Position numbers and translations under genes: made by a program | Assembly: GCA_963810095.1 (NCBI GenBank) | Contig: CAWEMM010000006.1 | Span: forward strand, 704,001 to 768,000 | Reading direction: 5' to 3' | DNA from: an uncultured Chloroflexia bacterium | Lineage (GTDB): Bacteria; Chloroflexota; Anaerolineae; CG2-30-64-16 | Length of the DNA stretch: 64,000 bases | Shown: one piece after another, positions 63,461-64,000 of the stretch | How positions within the stretch are numbered: position 1 is the first letter of the stretch | How the letters are laid out: each line of letters starts with the position of its first letter | The notes under the pieces: generated by a model | Told to the model about the DNA's origin: nothing | Seen by the model: the letters and a program-made list of their open reading frames with translations, nothing else | The model's database searches: none

Positions 63461-64000
63461 TTGTCAAGCGCCACTTCTGCCGTATCCGAGAAGGCCGCGG
63501 TCCCTTCGCGCCTGTTGCCCTATCTCGCCCTCGTCGTCGGCGTCCTCTGCATCAGCTTCACCGCAATCTTTACAAAGCTTGGCGGCATGCCCGGTCCCGT
63601 CACGGCTGCCTGGCGCATGCTCGTCGCCACCCTGGTGCTCGCCATTCCCTTCGCACGGCATCCGCGTCGCTGGAGCGCACATGAACGCGCGGGGCTGAAA
63701 TGGGGCGTTATGGGCGGCCTGTGGTTCGCCGTTAACCTGGGTATGCTCACCTCCGCCCTCCTGCTGACCTCGGCCGCAAACGCCACCCTGCTCGACAACA
63801 CCGCTCCGATTTGGGTGGGACTCGGCGCCTTGTTCCTCTTCAAGGAAAAGCTCGGCCCCCGCTACTGGGTGGGGCTGGCACTGGCGCTCGCGGGCGCCGC
63901 CGTGGTCACCGGCTTCAATGCGGCGGCCCGCCTCCACCTGCAAGCCGGCGACGCGCTCGCGTTCCTCGGCGCGTTCTTTTACGCGGGCTATCTGCTGAAC
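63461..64000 (+). CDS. DMT/EamA family transporter (truncated by window end)
   Basis: Frame read by hand: PYLALVVGVLCISFTAIFTK...AAWRM...TSAANATLLDNTAPIWV...LFKEK...GDALAF. Confidence 0.85.
   Translation, partial: MSSATSAVSEKAAVPSRLLPYLALVVGVLCISFTAIFTKLGGMPGPVTAAWRMLVATLVLAIPFARHPRRWSAHERAGLKWGVMGGLWFAVNLGMLTSALLLTSAANATLLDNTAPIWVGLGALFLFKEKLGPRYWVGLALALAGAAVVTGFNAAARLHLQAGDALAFLGAFFYAGYLLN

Noticed and set aside
1-64000. Numerous frameshifts read as pseudogenes or programmed frameshifting
   Set aside because: They hit conserved genes (mfd, pepA, HMG-CoA reductase) with motifs intact on both sides and no consistent slippery sites. Sequencing or assembly indels explain them best; read-level polishing would decide.

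Overview
High-GC bacterial chromosomal segment, most likely Chloroflexota (Anaerolineae/Caldilineae-like). This is inferred from the GT-C membrane proteins with Chloroflexi-type extracellular Ig-like tails, a class I HMG-CoA reductase, the ECF/anti-sigma style and the intergenic repeat families. Many genes are split by single-base indels, consistent with an unpolished long-read assembly, so several calls are stitched across frames and their boundaries are approximate. Most of the content is housekeeping or catabolic: folC, lon, pth, mfd, pepA, LonC-like, S9/M24/C69 peptidases, three acyl-CoA ligases, a CoA-transferase, GH13, SDR, MoxR-DUF58-DUF4129 and a VapBC module. No rRNA, tRNA, CRISPR, transposase, integrase or prophage was seen. 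Most unusual items: (1) an apparently catalytically dead PilB/GspE-type ATPase domain, Zn site intact, fused to GAF and a PP2C/SpoIIE phosphatase downstream of degV-ECF sigma-anti-sigma; (2) a secreted beta-propeller/TM/STAND-like ATPase receptor paired with a second STAND-like ATPase; (3) a ~160-nt 6S-like hairpin RNA candidate; (4) several palindromic repeat families, including seven copies of an 8-mer-periodic element and two palindromes in frame inside mfd and an S9 peptidase; (5) an MvhD-like domain lacking its cluster cysteines, fused to a 2x[4Fe-4S] FdhB/FlxB-like domain, under three Rex-like boxes.
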